Origin: Lama glama
Taxonomy: Eukaryota
Assembly: GCA_028534125.1 (NCBI GenBank)
Contig: CM052818.1
Span: forward strand, 28,522,001-28,586,000
Length of the DNA stretch: 64,000 bases
Direction of reading: 5' to 3'
Part shown: positions 48,020 to 60,860 of the stretch, piece after piece
Position numbering within the stretch: the stretch's first letter is position 1
Layout: each line of letters begins with the position of its first letter
Made by a program: the position numbers and the translations under genes
The notes under the pieces: model-generated
What the model was told of the DNA's origin: nothing
The model's input: only the letters and a program-made list of their open reading frames with translations
The model's database searches: none

Positions 48020-48200
48020 TGACCACTTCTGGTCACACCTGGCTATATATGGAAACTTGTCAATTCATTACAGAGAAGCTGCCTGAGCTTAGGTTTTCCA
48101 GCTGTAAAATGGAGAAAATGGTACTTGTCCCCACAGAGCTAAGAGATCAAGAAGTATGCACTCTGTGAATGTGAACATGCTTTACAAACTCAGTAACATC
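48020..48200 (+). mobile_element. MIR SINE
   Basis: CCTGAGCTTAGGTTTTCCAGCTGTAAAATGGAG core. Confidence 0.6.
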
Positions 48201-50199
48201 AGTTCACTATTCCTGCTCTTAGGTGTTTTCTGAGGTAGACAGAGCAATAACTGCATTTTTACATGGATAAGTTGAACATTTTTTAATTCCCTGAATAACA
48301 TATTTCAACAACATTGAAAATGAAAATGTTGGTTGTTCTTTTCCACTGAGCTTGTATTAGCCGCTTGCTTATGAAACTCTGTAGGCCACCAATACTTTAA
48401 CATCCTTTTGCTTAACTTGATATGAATTGAGGTTGTAATTAAAAAAGAAGTAAGAGTTCTTAATAGAAACAAAATTAATATATTTGATATTACAACTGTT
48501 TATTAGAAATGTTTGTTAGTAATGATACCTATATATTAAGACAGATTCTAAAATTTTGAAAATCTCTCTCCTATTGAAAATCTCAAAAGAAAGTTAAAAT
48601 TTTCTTTTTAAAAATCTGTGGTCATGGACAAGAACTGCTCAATTGTGATAGGATATAATCATTTTTCCTTATTGCATCATTTACTCAGATTATTTAAGTC
48701 TTCTCATAAAGTCAAAAATGTTTTATATATATATATATAATACTTATACTTATATATAAATATATTTTTAAAAAGAACTTGGAATGTTATCTGGAGACTA
48801 AATACACTTGAGACCAAAAACATTCCTAAAATTTGTTTAAATGGTTATGTGCACCTTAGTAGAAATGAGCACCAGGAAATGATGGAAAACATTATTAAAA
48901 TATTAAAAGGAGAGGGCCATAGCTTTGGATTCTTTTCCCCTCATCTATCTCAGTTGTAAATTACTTGCAAGCTTATCAATGTTTTTTTTAAAAAATACAA
49001 AATCTTGAATATTTCTGAAGTAAATAATTTCTGTTCCCTTTACTGAAAAGAAATCTGTTGGCCCACCTCTACTTAATTATAGATTAATCTTTATTTTATT
49101 TACATGAACAAGTTAAATTATGCCTCATTGTATGCAATGTCTAATGAAAAGGATGAACTGATACATTTCTGTAGAAGACCATTTAATTGTCAGTTTCTCT
49201 AAGGTTTGTGCCAAATAACTAAAAGTTATCAATGTTTTCAATATTTATAACAGTCAAAGAAAAAAACATACAAAGAAAAATGGAAAAAAAAAAAGGATAA
49301 ACTGAATCCAAAAAGTATCAGAACACCTCTTACCCCTTGTAAATGCTAACTAATTGCTACAGTGAAATTGGGATTACTAATAGTAAAGAACAATTAAAAT
49401 TGTCTTCTTAGAAAATCCTTTCCTATTTCTCCATATAGTCTAGTTTGGTTTTGATAATAGACTGAGGAGAGTTTAGGTATGTAAAAACTAAGATCTGATT
49501 TTTTTCAAAAAAATTAAACTAATGAAATTTTTATATTTTTCTGTTTGGAAAATTTTTTATTCCTTGCAATGTATCTTATTGACAAGATAGATCAGAAAGC
49601 CCTTCCTGAAACTTCAGAGAACTGAAAATGTCTGAGGTAAAGAATATAAAATTAATCAAATTAAAGAATAAAAAAATCAATGTTCAAGATAGGATATTAA
49701 AGGAAAAAAGCAATAATCTTTTACAGAAGAAGAAACTTGACAAGAAGGAAAGTACAGTATTTTAGTTATTAATAAAAAGAACGATAGCTTTTACTGTTTT
49801 TTCTTTTAGCTAACTGAACGATGGTGCCATGATTAACTGTGGTTTCTCAATCAATCTATAATTTGTTGATGACATTTTGAAAGACTCTTTGGGAACAGCA
49901 TGGACAAGCAATGGTTTCAGTCTTCATCTCCTTAATTACTACTTATAATCATTAGAAATGAAAAAAAAATCCCTCCTCACTTTCTATCTGGACTAAACCA
50001 TGTAGTATCTTCTTTGAGCACTGAAACGAGATTCCAAAGTATGGGTCTGCATCAGACCTACCTAGCTGCCACAGCACAGAGCCAGGGCAAAAAAAATAAT
50101 CAGCAGATCTTCCCCGGGGCTATTCTATTCTAATATACAAGTCAGCACTACTTATCGCTTTAAAAATGTCTGGGAAGTGTGGTCTGTTGTCAAAATTCA

Positions 50200-50410
50200 G
50201 ATTATATTCTGAGATTGGCGGGAAGGAAATGACTTGATTTTGTACTTGTTGTTGATCTAAAAGAAGTCATTTCCCTTCTCTGCACTTAGTTTTCTATTCT
50301 GTAAACCAGGTATGATGAATATCATCTCATATCTCACAGAAACGCTCAGGAAAGGCAATGAAAAATAACATGAGAGAGGACAGTGGAGAGGTCTTTAAGA
50401 CACTGCCAAA
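50200..50410 (+). mobile_element. MIR SINE
   Basis: AAGTCATTTCCCTTCTCTGCACTTAGTTTTCTATTCTGTAAACCAGG core. Confidence 0.6.
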
Positions 50411-51117
50411 GCGTGTCCCCTGTTAATGAGGATATTTTGTTTTGACACCTCCTAATTCCACCACAAGCTCACTTGCAAGTGATTTCATTGTATCTTTACC
50501 TCTGTACCTGAAAGTGGGTAACACATCAGATTCTCCCCTAAATGCAGGAGAAGTAAAAACTTGGTAGTCTTCTTTTGCTCATCCTGCCTTCAAGCTGGTT
50601 CTCAGATACAGGACCAAATTTAAATACAAGGCCTAAGAAGTAACTTCATTTAATTCTCAGAGTCAATACAAGGTGTCACAGAAATGGAAATTTTATGCTG
50701 ATGTGCCCCCATAGGAAAGGAATTCCCACAGAAGAAAAAGGGCTTCTCTGCTGAGTCAGGGTTGGGGCTACATCCTATGTGATCTGGATATCCCTTATCA
50801 TATCACTACCCACACTGCAAATATTTTGTTTATCTCTTTGTAGAGCTCCTGAATTAGGAGATCCTTGAGAGTAAGGTATTGAACACTAATAAATGGAGAT
50901 TCCAAATCAGTTGATCACTACAGCCTGGCACATGTTTTTTCTAATGAGGTAAAGTGTTTGCCTAGTTGTCTTACACTCCTTCTCTCCTGTCTCCCCATAA
51001 AAAATCTCCATTTCTCCCCATATTCATTTCCATTCCTCTCTCTATTGTTTCAAAGCCTCAGTAAGGATACAGCTACTTTCCACAAAAGAGTTGGTGACCC
51101 TTGACTTTAACCATGAC

Positions 51118-51722
51118 TGAGACAGGAAGGGGGCAGGGCACAGCCATTCAAGGAATGCTAATGCAATTAACATCAAAATGGTGAAAGATTCATCTCCCAG
51201 TAGGCCTTGAGGCTCAAGATGGTGGGAGATTTAACTTCTAGTAGACCTTGAGCTTCATTACATGCTTATAGTAATATGTTAGCATGGTGACTAACTTGCC
51301 TACAGGTGCCATAACAGTCCCAAGGTTAGCCACAAAAGGTCAAAGAGTGGGAAATGGCCAACTTTCTGGGAATCCCAGCCCATTCCCCAAGCTACTTAGA
51401 CTGGTCCTTCCACTTAATAGCATATGAAGCCACTGAGCCCATAAAAACTGGCAACACAGTGCCTCAAGGCAGCAGCCTCTCTCTGTCTATGGAATGTGTA
51501 CCTACTTTTAATCTGAGCACCTAACCCCTACACCTTGTGGCCTTTCTCTTGCCTTTCAATGTACCTCTCTGAATAAATCTACCTTTACTCAACTGTGGCT
51601 CACTCTTGAATTCTTTCCTGCGCAAAGCCAAGGACTCACACCTGGCGAGGCGCATCCCAGGGGCTCAACCGACGCCTGGGACACAGCCCTCCTCACGCCC
51701 CACATCTATTTTTCCTGCATCA
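51118..51722 (+). mobile_element. Complete MER41-like ERV1 solo LTR
   Basis: TG...CA ends; near-TSD TGAC (51114-17)/TGAT (51723-26); MER41 hallmarks GTGCCATAACAGT, TTCTGGGAAT, TAGCATAT, CCCATAAAAACTGGCAAC, CTCTGTCTATGGA, AATAAA, TGAATTCTTTCCTGCGCAAAGCCAAG; several CpGs retained. Confidence 0.85.
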
Positions 51723-54114
51723 TGATCATAGGTGGCAAGAAGATGAATATCTCCTTTTCTAGCATATTACAACTCTCTAAAAGTATTACTGCCGTTGAAA
51801 TTATGTACTGGGTACTTAATTAAATTTCTACATGAGAATGTTGTTGAGGAGTGTCACAGTCTGACTAAATATGTTCTGTAAAATAATAGCACTGTGGAAA
51901 GAACAATCCTTATACTAAAATATATATATTTGACCTTTGTTCTCAATCCCTTTCAAATATTTTAAAGTATTTTGCTTCCATGAATGGCTCGTTTGTAACC
52001 GTCCATTACCAAGAGAGTCGAAAAAGACCACAGCTCTTGGAATGTATAAAGAAGAGATTGTATTTATACAATTAGGAAATACATTGTAGCTTTCCCATCA
52101 GAATATATCAAAACTCTCATCTTCCTGTCATTTTTGCCAAGCCAGCTCACAGCTGCTATGCCTACCTATTATCACCAGACTAAGGCCTGTGCTATTATCT
52201 AACTCACCAGGAGAATTCACCTGCTGCTGTGGATGAAGCACTTCATTCCTGCCCTTTTATGCTGTGTGCTCACAGTGACATATTTAACTAGGTGACACAC
52301 TTATGTTGGCCAAAAAGCCCTCTATCTATGATAATGTTAGGTTAGGAGAAATGAATTAAAAGAATAGGAACAATCACTGAGTGAACTCTTATTTACCTAA
52401 AAGAAAAGTCAATCTAAAAGGCAGATATAATGAATACAGCACATTCATACAAATGTTAGAATGAACAATAGATATGAGTGCTCGGTAACAACAAATAGAT
52501 CAGTATTAAGAAACTTCAGACTTCTATGAAAGTTATCAGCATGTTAAAAAGTCCATGTTGCAGTTGTTCTCTCATGGAGAAACAATAAATGCCAGATATT
52601 AGAAAACATTTCTTTTTCATGTAACCATTGTATTACACAATAAAGTGCAGCTCAAAACGGTTCTAACTTGGAGACGAGCCCTGCAAAGACAGGTTAGCTG
52701 TCCAATTGTCTTTTGTTTTCTTGAAGATTTGGAATATAGCAAGTATTTCAAGAAAATCAAAAAATAAGTGAAAACTCACTAGTGAAAAAAGAGAGGTAGG
52801 AAGGGACTTAGTTGAGAAAAACAACTGAAACTGGACAGAAAATGACATGAACGTGTAAAAGAAAACTTCTTCCTCTACCTTTTGCCATTTCCAGAGTAGC
52901 CATTTCTGTAACACCTCATCTACACTGTATCAAGCATCAACCTCTGCTCTATATGCCCTTCTCCTTTACAGACTCTTTGTTGTCTACTTTTTCTCATTGA
53001 GACATTCAACCTTACACAGCAGGCCCTATTTCCTTTCAGTCAAATGAAACCTACCTAAATTACTAAACTCTTCTGTGCCTGCATCAGAATGTTCCTAAGC
53101 TCACTGATCTCCCTCATTTCTATAGATGCCAGTGTGAAAGCACCTTTAACCTCTGTCTTAATTGCTAGTGAGAAGGAAAGTGCTTTTGAGAATAAGACAA
53201 TACCTTTTAAAATTTTCTCTTCCTCGCAGTTTAAGGCCTATGTATTTCAAATTAATGGACTTTAGACAGTAAGCTACTTCCTTTGCTGCCTAATTCACAG
53301 GAAAATCCATGTGCCTCTATATGCATGAGAGGTCTTCTCCAGAATTTATCAGTGCTGAACCAGCTTGCTGTGGCTAGCTCACTCATCTCTCTTCATATAA
53401 ACAAGTGTCTGGGAATAATAATAGGAATTACCACAGTTATGACTGACCAAATGTTTCAGGTATTGTATTTTGTAATCACTTTTACCTAAATAAGACTTTC
53501 CTACTCTTCTTCCTATTTCAGTCAATTATTAATGGCACTCAAATTCCACTAATCCGTCCCATACAGGTTTTGCCTTTTGATTCTCGCACAACTGCACTTC
53601 TTATTCTCCCTCTTTCTTATAAGTCTCTCTTATGAATGAATGGCAAGGATACATCTATTCCAGGGAAAGATTTTACTGATGGTTGATGGTTCCTTTTTTT
53701 CCCCCGGAGAGTCCTCATACCCCTTCTCTGTAACTCTCTAGCAAGTGTTTTCTGAGCAACAGAAATGGTTATATCTGGGGCGAGATGGCTATCAGGCGGT
53801 TATTGTGTGTAATGGTTTGGAACAGTTCAGCTGATGTCACAGAGGTGGGCTTTCATTTCTACTTAAGAAGAGATGGGAGGGAGGTAATGTGTTTCACTGA
53901 GTCTATTATAGGGGATATATGCGTCAAATTTCAGGCAGAAAATTACGGAGGAACAGAAGCAGACCAATTCCTCTAAATATCTTCTGCTGGAAAAAGAGGA
54001 AGTTTGGGAACACATACTTCCCTCTCCTGTTTCCTGAATTTTCCACTCCTCCCAGCTGTCCCCAGAAATGTTGCTTAAGGCTAATGCAAATATTCTAATT
54101 CCAGGAGGCAAATG

Positions 54115-54355
54115 GCAGGTGGAAAAACAGCTTTTATAAGAAACAGACTTGGGTTTAAATCCTTGGTCAAGCCCTACCAGCTTTGTGACATTGACAATTT
54201 ATTAACTTCTCTAAGCACCTGATTTCGCACCTATAAAATTGAGGTTTTAATATGTACTTCTCAAGGTAATTATGAAAATATATTGAAATGGCATAAGTGA
54301 AGTACATAATAAAGTTCTCAGAACATAAGAGATGCTCAAAATATGTTTAATTTCC
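54115..54355 (+). mobile_element. MIRb SINE, near full length
   Basis: CAGACTTGGGTTTAAATCCT..TTTGTGACATTGACAATTTATTAACTTCTCTAAGC..CACCTATAAAATTGAG..GATGCTCAAAATATGTT. Confidence 0.85.
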
Positions 54356-55453
54356 TATTCCCACTCATTTATACATGGTGCTTACATTTCTTATGCTTCA
54401 TTGTCATGCAACACAAGAATACCACTAAACACCTTCAATACGCTCACTGGGCTAAGGTTAGATTAATTTGTTGATAACACACCTGGAATTATTTTCATAA
54501 ATGTACAGATTTTAGTGTGCTTCTGACATGTTGTTAATGCTAGATTATAACTGTACTTAAAAAGAGAGTTCATGGACATGAAAGGTAATCTCAGGGCAGG
54601 GCAGTGGCAAGAAGCTACGCGAGGGCTCAAAGACCCTGGGGCAGTCCCTCTCCCCTAACAAACTGAGCAGGTGAAGCCCTACTTCATCTATGCTTAATGT
54701 CAGCTCTGGCAATGAAGATCAATGGAAAGGGACAAATACCACGGAACACTATCCACTGAATGTTCAGCCTTGTACTGCAAAACATGGAAGGTTTGATACA
54801 TAGAGGTACGGGGAAATGTGTCCTTAGGTTTATGAGGTAGTGTGAGACTCTGCTGCTCCTCAGCCTAGTTAGAGTGTCCAAGATTTCTCTCCCTTAAATA
54901 ATTCCAGAGAATTTGCTGTTCTATCTTGCAGGTCTGAGAATTAGTGGCAAGCTGAGTGATTTAGAGTCTAATGTACAAAATTCAAGATTTAATTATGAAG
55001 AGTATTTAAATGTAACTGCTGCTGAATGGAAGTACTTAGTACTCTGTCTCTAGGATGGAGAATGTACAGCCTAGTGTCTGTCACCAAGGCTTCCTCTATC
55101 CTTCTCCCTTCCCCTTCACCCTTCCTCACTCCCCCATCTCTCTCCTTTCTCTAAAACGTGAGGAAAAACCACTGAGTCGACCCTGGAACTAGACATAGTT
55201 CACCCCCTACCCCGCCCACCAATGCATCACCATTGCTAGTGTCTGAGTTCTCTCCACTTCCCTTTCTGTGCTTTCATTTTCCTGATAGAGAGGAAGTATC
55301 AATGAGATAAGAGTTTTCTAGGCCCAACAGACAAGTGTTCTGATCTTTACTCTCCAGAGAGATTCCCAGAGAGACAGTAAGATGCCAGGAATAGAATAGC
55401 TGTTTCATGCACCTATACAGACAAGGCCATAGATAATCTCACAGATTCCAGAG

Positions 55454-55988
55454 TGTGGTGAAGAGACTTTAGGGAGGTCCCAGTGATTCCTACCTCCTGT
55501 GATTCAGACTCTCTCATCCTCTCTATCTGAGTGAGGTAGGAATTGAGACTTGCTTCCGACCTACTGAATAAGGCAAAGGTGACCAAATGCCACTTTCATG
55601 ATAACGTAAGATTGAAACTTAACTTGCTAGGAGACTCTTTTCCTTATTGGCTTTGAGGAAGCAAGGGGTCATGTTCAGAAAACCTACACAGGAAGGGACT
55701 GAGAATGAGCTTCAGATGACAATCAGCAAAACTGTCCAACAGCTACAAGGGAATGAACACTGTCAACAACCACATGAGCTTGGCAGTGGTTCCTTTCACA
55801 AATGAGCCTCAGATGAGGATGCAGCTCTGGCTAAGACCCTGATTGCAACCTTTGAGTTTTCCATCAGAGGGCCCAACTAAGCTGCACAACACTCCTGATC
55901 CACAGAAAATGTGACATAATAACGATGTGTTGTTTTAAGCTACTGAGTTTGTGGCAACATTGTTATGCATCAACAGATAATTACTAGA
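55454..55988 (+). mobile_element. MLT1E/F-like MaLR solo LTR
   Basis: Starts TGTGGT; TGGCTTTGAGGAAGCAAG; ends TGTTTTAAGCTACTGAGTTTGTGG..TTGTTATGCATCAACAGATAATTACTAGA; near-TSD CAGAG/GAGAG. Confidence 0.85.
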
Positions 55989-56084
55989 GAGAGCACAAAT
56001 GGAAGGAGAGCAAACCTGAGAGTCAGGAGATAGCAAGGAGGGATACTTCAGCTGCAATTGGTTACTGAGAAGTATGTAGCACCA

Positions 56085-56499
56085 AAGATATTTTTGCAGA
56101 TTCTGATCCTTGGAAAGTAGGCTCTAAAATGGAGCTTATGGTGCACAAAGTTTATTAGGAAGTGCCCTTGGGATCAACACCTGTGGAAGGAAAGTAGAAG
56201 AACTGGTCAGGACAGAGGGAGAAGGGGCACTGTACCACAGGTTCAACAAAGGCATCAGGCAACCCCATAGACAATGGAACTAGAAAGGCCTTTCAAAGCT
56301 GTTACGCAGGAGACCAAAATGGCCAAGCTTCCGTATCATCACAGCGAACTGCCACTAAACATACACAACCCCAGGAAGGTCATAACCTTGTGTAATGTGG
56401 CATCAGCTGAAGGCTGTCTCGTGACAGTAATCTCAGCAAATGGAGCTACTTGTCCTTCATTGAAGAGGGATCTGGGCCTGGCATCACCATTCCATTACA
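56085..56499 (-). mobile_element. LTR16-family ERVL LTR
   Basis: AAGTTTATTAGGAAGTGCCCTTGGGATCAACACCTGTGGAAGGAA..GAAGAGGGATCTGGGC. Confidence 0.8.
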
Positions 56500-56819
56500 G
56501 ATATGCCCCTGAATGGACTGATGACTGAAGTACAGGCTGCTGTGCCACCTCACCTGGGCTACACAGGCTCCCTCTAAATCTGACACTGCTTTGAGAGTAG
56601 GGTAATCTCAAATTGATAATTAACTTTCTGTCATCAGGTTGGAATAGAAAAATCAAAATACAAACTAAGCTGAGATATAGAAAAATTATTATTTTCCTTG
56701 TATACCAGAGCATATGGCTTGGGATCCAACAGCTGTTGCAGTAGCTATTATAATTACACCAGGAGCACAAAAAAATGGAGGTTTCAATTTCCAATGAGGA
56801 ACTGAGAAAAATTTCATGT

Positions 56820-57267
56820 ATGAGGAAGGAACTGATGGTACTTTCAAAGAGAGAAATTGAAGAAAATTTAATGAAAAGATGAGTACAAATGTTCAGGCAG
56901 AGTGAAGGGAACAAACAAGGATGGTACAGCATCCTGGAGCCAACGAGACCATAATATCTTTACCTTCTTTAGGCTGCAAGGGTCAGGGTGAGAATGCCAT
57001 AACTGTAATTCAAAGAAAGGATTATATATTACAGTTGGGGAGTTGTGGCTTTGGACAGAGGATTACAGACACTGTAAAAAAACAAAAACCACTATATCTT
57101 TCACCTTCCACTCTTGTATGTCCTGCCAATATCTCCCGTTGGTCAAACCCAAGGAGAAACCAGAGGGCAAAAAGTCCAGGTAATGCACTGCAAGGTGCTC
57201 AGCCTCCCAGGTCACTAAGCAGCACAGACAGTGGATCTCAAGGGATAAACTGAAGAATAACAAGCAT
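56820..57267 (-). mobile_element. LTR33-like ERVL LTR
   Basis: CTCCCGTTGGTCAAACCCAA..AAACCAGAGGGCAA..TCAGCCTCCCAGG..GTGGATCTCAAGGGATAAACTGAAGAATA. Confidence 0.7.
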
Positions 57268-58234
57268 GGAGTTGATAACTGAAGGAGAATATCTTAAGCT
57301 AAAGAAAAAGGATGAATAAAGACAAAGAAATAGGAAATTCCAGAATCTATTTAAGCAATAGTCAGTAGTCTGATGTGTTTGGAGTATGAGCTGCCTTGGG
57401 GTGGTTCTTTGAGATAAAGAAGACTTGGTTCAGGAAGGAGAGGGAAGGGATTGAAAGAATTCTGTCCAGAGGCTCCCATCAGGAAATCCAACAGATCTCA
57501 GCAAAATAGGACAGGACTGATTTCTATGTGATAATCCAACAGTCATACCCCCACTATTGACTTCAGGGAATGAGGACTGGAGAATGTGACTGAGTTGATA
57601 ATTTTCTAATTATGTAATAATGGGTCTTGTTGTAACAATTTTGTATTGACATTCACCTGGTCATTCCCATCAAGTTCTACACCTTCTGTTACTTAAGTTT
57701 TCCATCAGAGAACAATCTACAAAAATCCATAATCAATGGTCTTGATCACTCCAATTTTCCTTCAATTTTGAGAGAGTGAAGAGGCCCTGTTGTGATGTGG
57801 CAGGTGTATTCACATCATTGTCATTTGGGAAAAATCCTCTGTGTGGTGTAAAGTCACACAGGCATGTGTTGCAGCTAATTAACTGGATGACAACCAATCC
57901 CCCAAGTCTTTTCTAACATTATTGCTTTCTCAGATTTTCACAACCATCTTGTCAACACATGTTAACTCAGTCTGTTAGCTCATTCTTTTGCTAGCAATCT
58001 AACATTAATTTACCAACAGATTGTTTAACCATCCTCCATTCTTTTTGGTTGTTTTGCTTTCTTTAATATTTGTAACATCTCCAGGAGCAATATCTATTTA
58101 GAATTCTACTGACAATTTCCTCCATCTTCTTAAGGAACGTACAAGTGCACAGCAAATCACACATTAAAATGGTTACATTTTTATCCAGAAACATGCCATT
58201 TCATTTTCTACATTTTCTTCTCTCATCAAGATAG

Positions 58235-58480
58235 AAAATTACCTATACTGGTGAACTATTTGGTGCCAAGCACTCTATTAGGTATAATGCTACATACATT
58301 TCATGTTAATTTGCTCCTCACAAAATCTTCATGAATAAAGTATTTTGTCCCTCTTTTCATACAACCTATGGTTCAGAATGATCATATAGTTTGTCCAACA
58401 TCACGTAACCAAAATGTTTCACAGCCAGGATTTAAACTCAGGTCTCCCTGACACCAGAAACCAGTCTTTTTTCCTCTGCC
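58235..58480 (-). mobile_element. MIR SINE
   Basis: TGTCCAACATCACGTAACC..CACAGCCAGGATTTAAACTCAGGTCTCCCTGACACCAGA. Confidence 0.8.
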
Positions 58481-59824
58481 ACACTCTACAGAGTCCTTGT
58501 CCATTCTCCTTTGAACTCCACAGGTGGCCAATATGGTCATTCTTAAAATACAGAATCATATGAGCCATTAGCTTTTTAATGTGAGTGAACTGTTAACTCT
58601 TCCAAGAATTTACATTTTATAAGAGGGGATAAAAACTCCAAGAAATGACTCTAAGAGTGGTTTTCAAGTACCCCAATTGGATGTAGTAGTTACTATTGGA
58701 TAAAGAAGTCTTTAGAGGGCATAAAAATTTAATAGGCAGCTTTCTCAATCGTCCCTATAGAACTGATTTAATTTTTCACCAGTAGAATTTGTCAGAAGCT
58801 GAACATTTTGTTTTGTACAGCAAGGTAACATTTTTACTTTTCTAAACAGCATACTCCTCAGCTCTCAGTTTTTCACCATGGTGTTGATTTAATGCTGAAA
58901 TGTGATTGCTGTGAACTACCACCACCACCACCAGCCACAGCCATCCCCTTACACACACAGTGACACACATGACTTGAGATGGTCTACATTATAGAAATAC
59001 TAGGTTGTCTTCCTGGAACCATAAGAAGTTTAAATGACTGAAACTATGGTTCTTAATAACTTTGGCCTGGAAAGAAATTTCCATTAAATATAGAGATTTC
59101 TTTTTCGTATCAGGCCTCCTGCCAGGAACCTTTCTAAATCAGATAATAGTACCTCTTAGGCCCTCTAGGTAATGCTGTTCATCTCAGGATGGTCTTGGAG
59201 GAGAGATATTTACTGGGAATTCCTTGGGAATTTCTTACTTTTTCTTTTGAGCTTAAGGATTTCAGAAATATACCATGAAAAATATGGCCTCTCTATAGTG
59301 GGTTCAGAGGAAAAGAGCTATCTATAACCAATCCATGAAAATAGCAGGCTAGTCTATCCTGTACCTTAATCTCAACATCAAAAAAGAGTAGAACAGTACA
59401 CAGTCCATAAGAGCTTCTCAATAAATATGTGTGAAAAGAATGAATTCGTAGCATTCTTTGATTATATTAGGATGTCAGACATTCTGCTAAAGGTTAAGGA
59501 TGCAAACATTCAATAAGACATCACAGCTGCTGAAAAAGAGCTCCTAGTTTAAAGGGAGAACACGTAATTAAGTTGAAATACAAGGTTCACATCTGTAAAA
59601 CATTCTAAGAGACTGCATATGTAAACACAACATGCATATTATGAAGTAGGCAAGGTCAGCCTCTATCCATCAACTGGCAACTGTTATATGAAATTATAAG
59701 GTTTATTTTCTATGCAAAAAAAAAAAAAACAGAAAAGGGGAGAATTATGAGGAAGAGGCATGGGAAAAGACCAAATATACTCTTATTATGGAGTGATAAT
59801 TCTGAAAAATCTGTTCTTTTTGGT

Positions 59825-60860
59825 CTATTTTTAAATAAAAATGTTTGGAGTATAACACAAACATACCACAAGGTAAAATCTATAATTGTACAGCTCTGTG
59901 AATTATCTGAAAAAGAACAAGCCCATGTAACTGTCACCTAGGTTAAGAATCAGAAGCCCCCAACCTCATCCATTCCCCCATCACTATATACTCCCTCTTT
60001 CTCAAAGGTAACTATTACTCCGACTGCTAACACCATGGATTAGTTTTGCCTCTTTCTGACCTTCGTATAAAGAATTTATCATTATGCACCCTTTTTAATC
60101 TGGCTTCTTCTTTCCAACATTTTGTTTGGGATATTCATTCATATTGTTGTGTTGGGCAGTAGTTTGCTGCTTTTGTAAATTTTGTTCTATACTATTCCAA
60201 TGCACGGTTACCCTATAATTTAATTTTAGTATACAGTTGACAAAGAGTAGTTATTTCCACTATTTTGGTTAATACTGTTATGAACATTCTTACATATGTC
60301 TTTTGGTACACAAATGTGTGAAGCACACGTGTGTCTCATGGTATATATTTAAAAGTGGAAATGCTAGTTAGTAAGATCATCTATCTTATGTATCTCCTAC
60401 CAACCTACCTATCTTTCCAAATTTAGTAGATAATGAAAGTTTTCCAAAATGTCTGTAGCAACTGACAATTTAAACAGCAGAGCATCAGTCTTTTTAATTT
60501 CCACTTGTCTGTTGTGTATATCGTGGTATTATATCATGGTTTTAATTTTCTGGTGACTAATGATGTCGAGTACCTATATATATTTTTTAGCCATTTGTAT
60601 ATTTGTGTGTGTGTGAAACACCTATTCAATTTTTTTCTTTTTTTTTCCCTGCTCATTTTTTTCTATTAGGTAGAAATTCTTTTATACTTAGGGTTATGCA
60701 AAGATGCAAACACTTTTTCAGTTATGTGTATGCCAAGTATATTCTTCATTTTGTGACATTATTTATATTATCTTAATGATATTCTTTGATGAACATAAGC
60801 TCCCATTGTCAGTAAAGTTAAACATATCAATCTTTCCTCTATTTTTAATGACATATTGTT
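59825..60860 (-). mobile_element. L1ME-like 3' UTR and end of ORF2
   Basis: AAAGGTAACTATTACTCCGACTGCTAACACCATGGATTAGTTTTGCCT; CTGTTATGAACATTCTTACATATGTCTTTTGGT; TTTCTGGTGACTAATGATGTCGAGTA. Confidence 0.85.

Noticed and set aside
53742..53976. Open frame with flanking splice-like sites in unique sequence
   Set aside because: Peptide unrecognised, splice sites average and no compatible neighbouring exon
54833..54841. TGAGGTAGT matching the let-7 5' end
   Set aside because: The rest of let-7 and its hairpin are absent
56495..57263. 145-aa and 110-aa ORFs
   Set aside because: Overlap LTR33/L2-like remnants; composition reflects strand bias rather than coding
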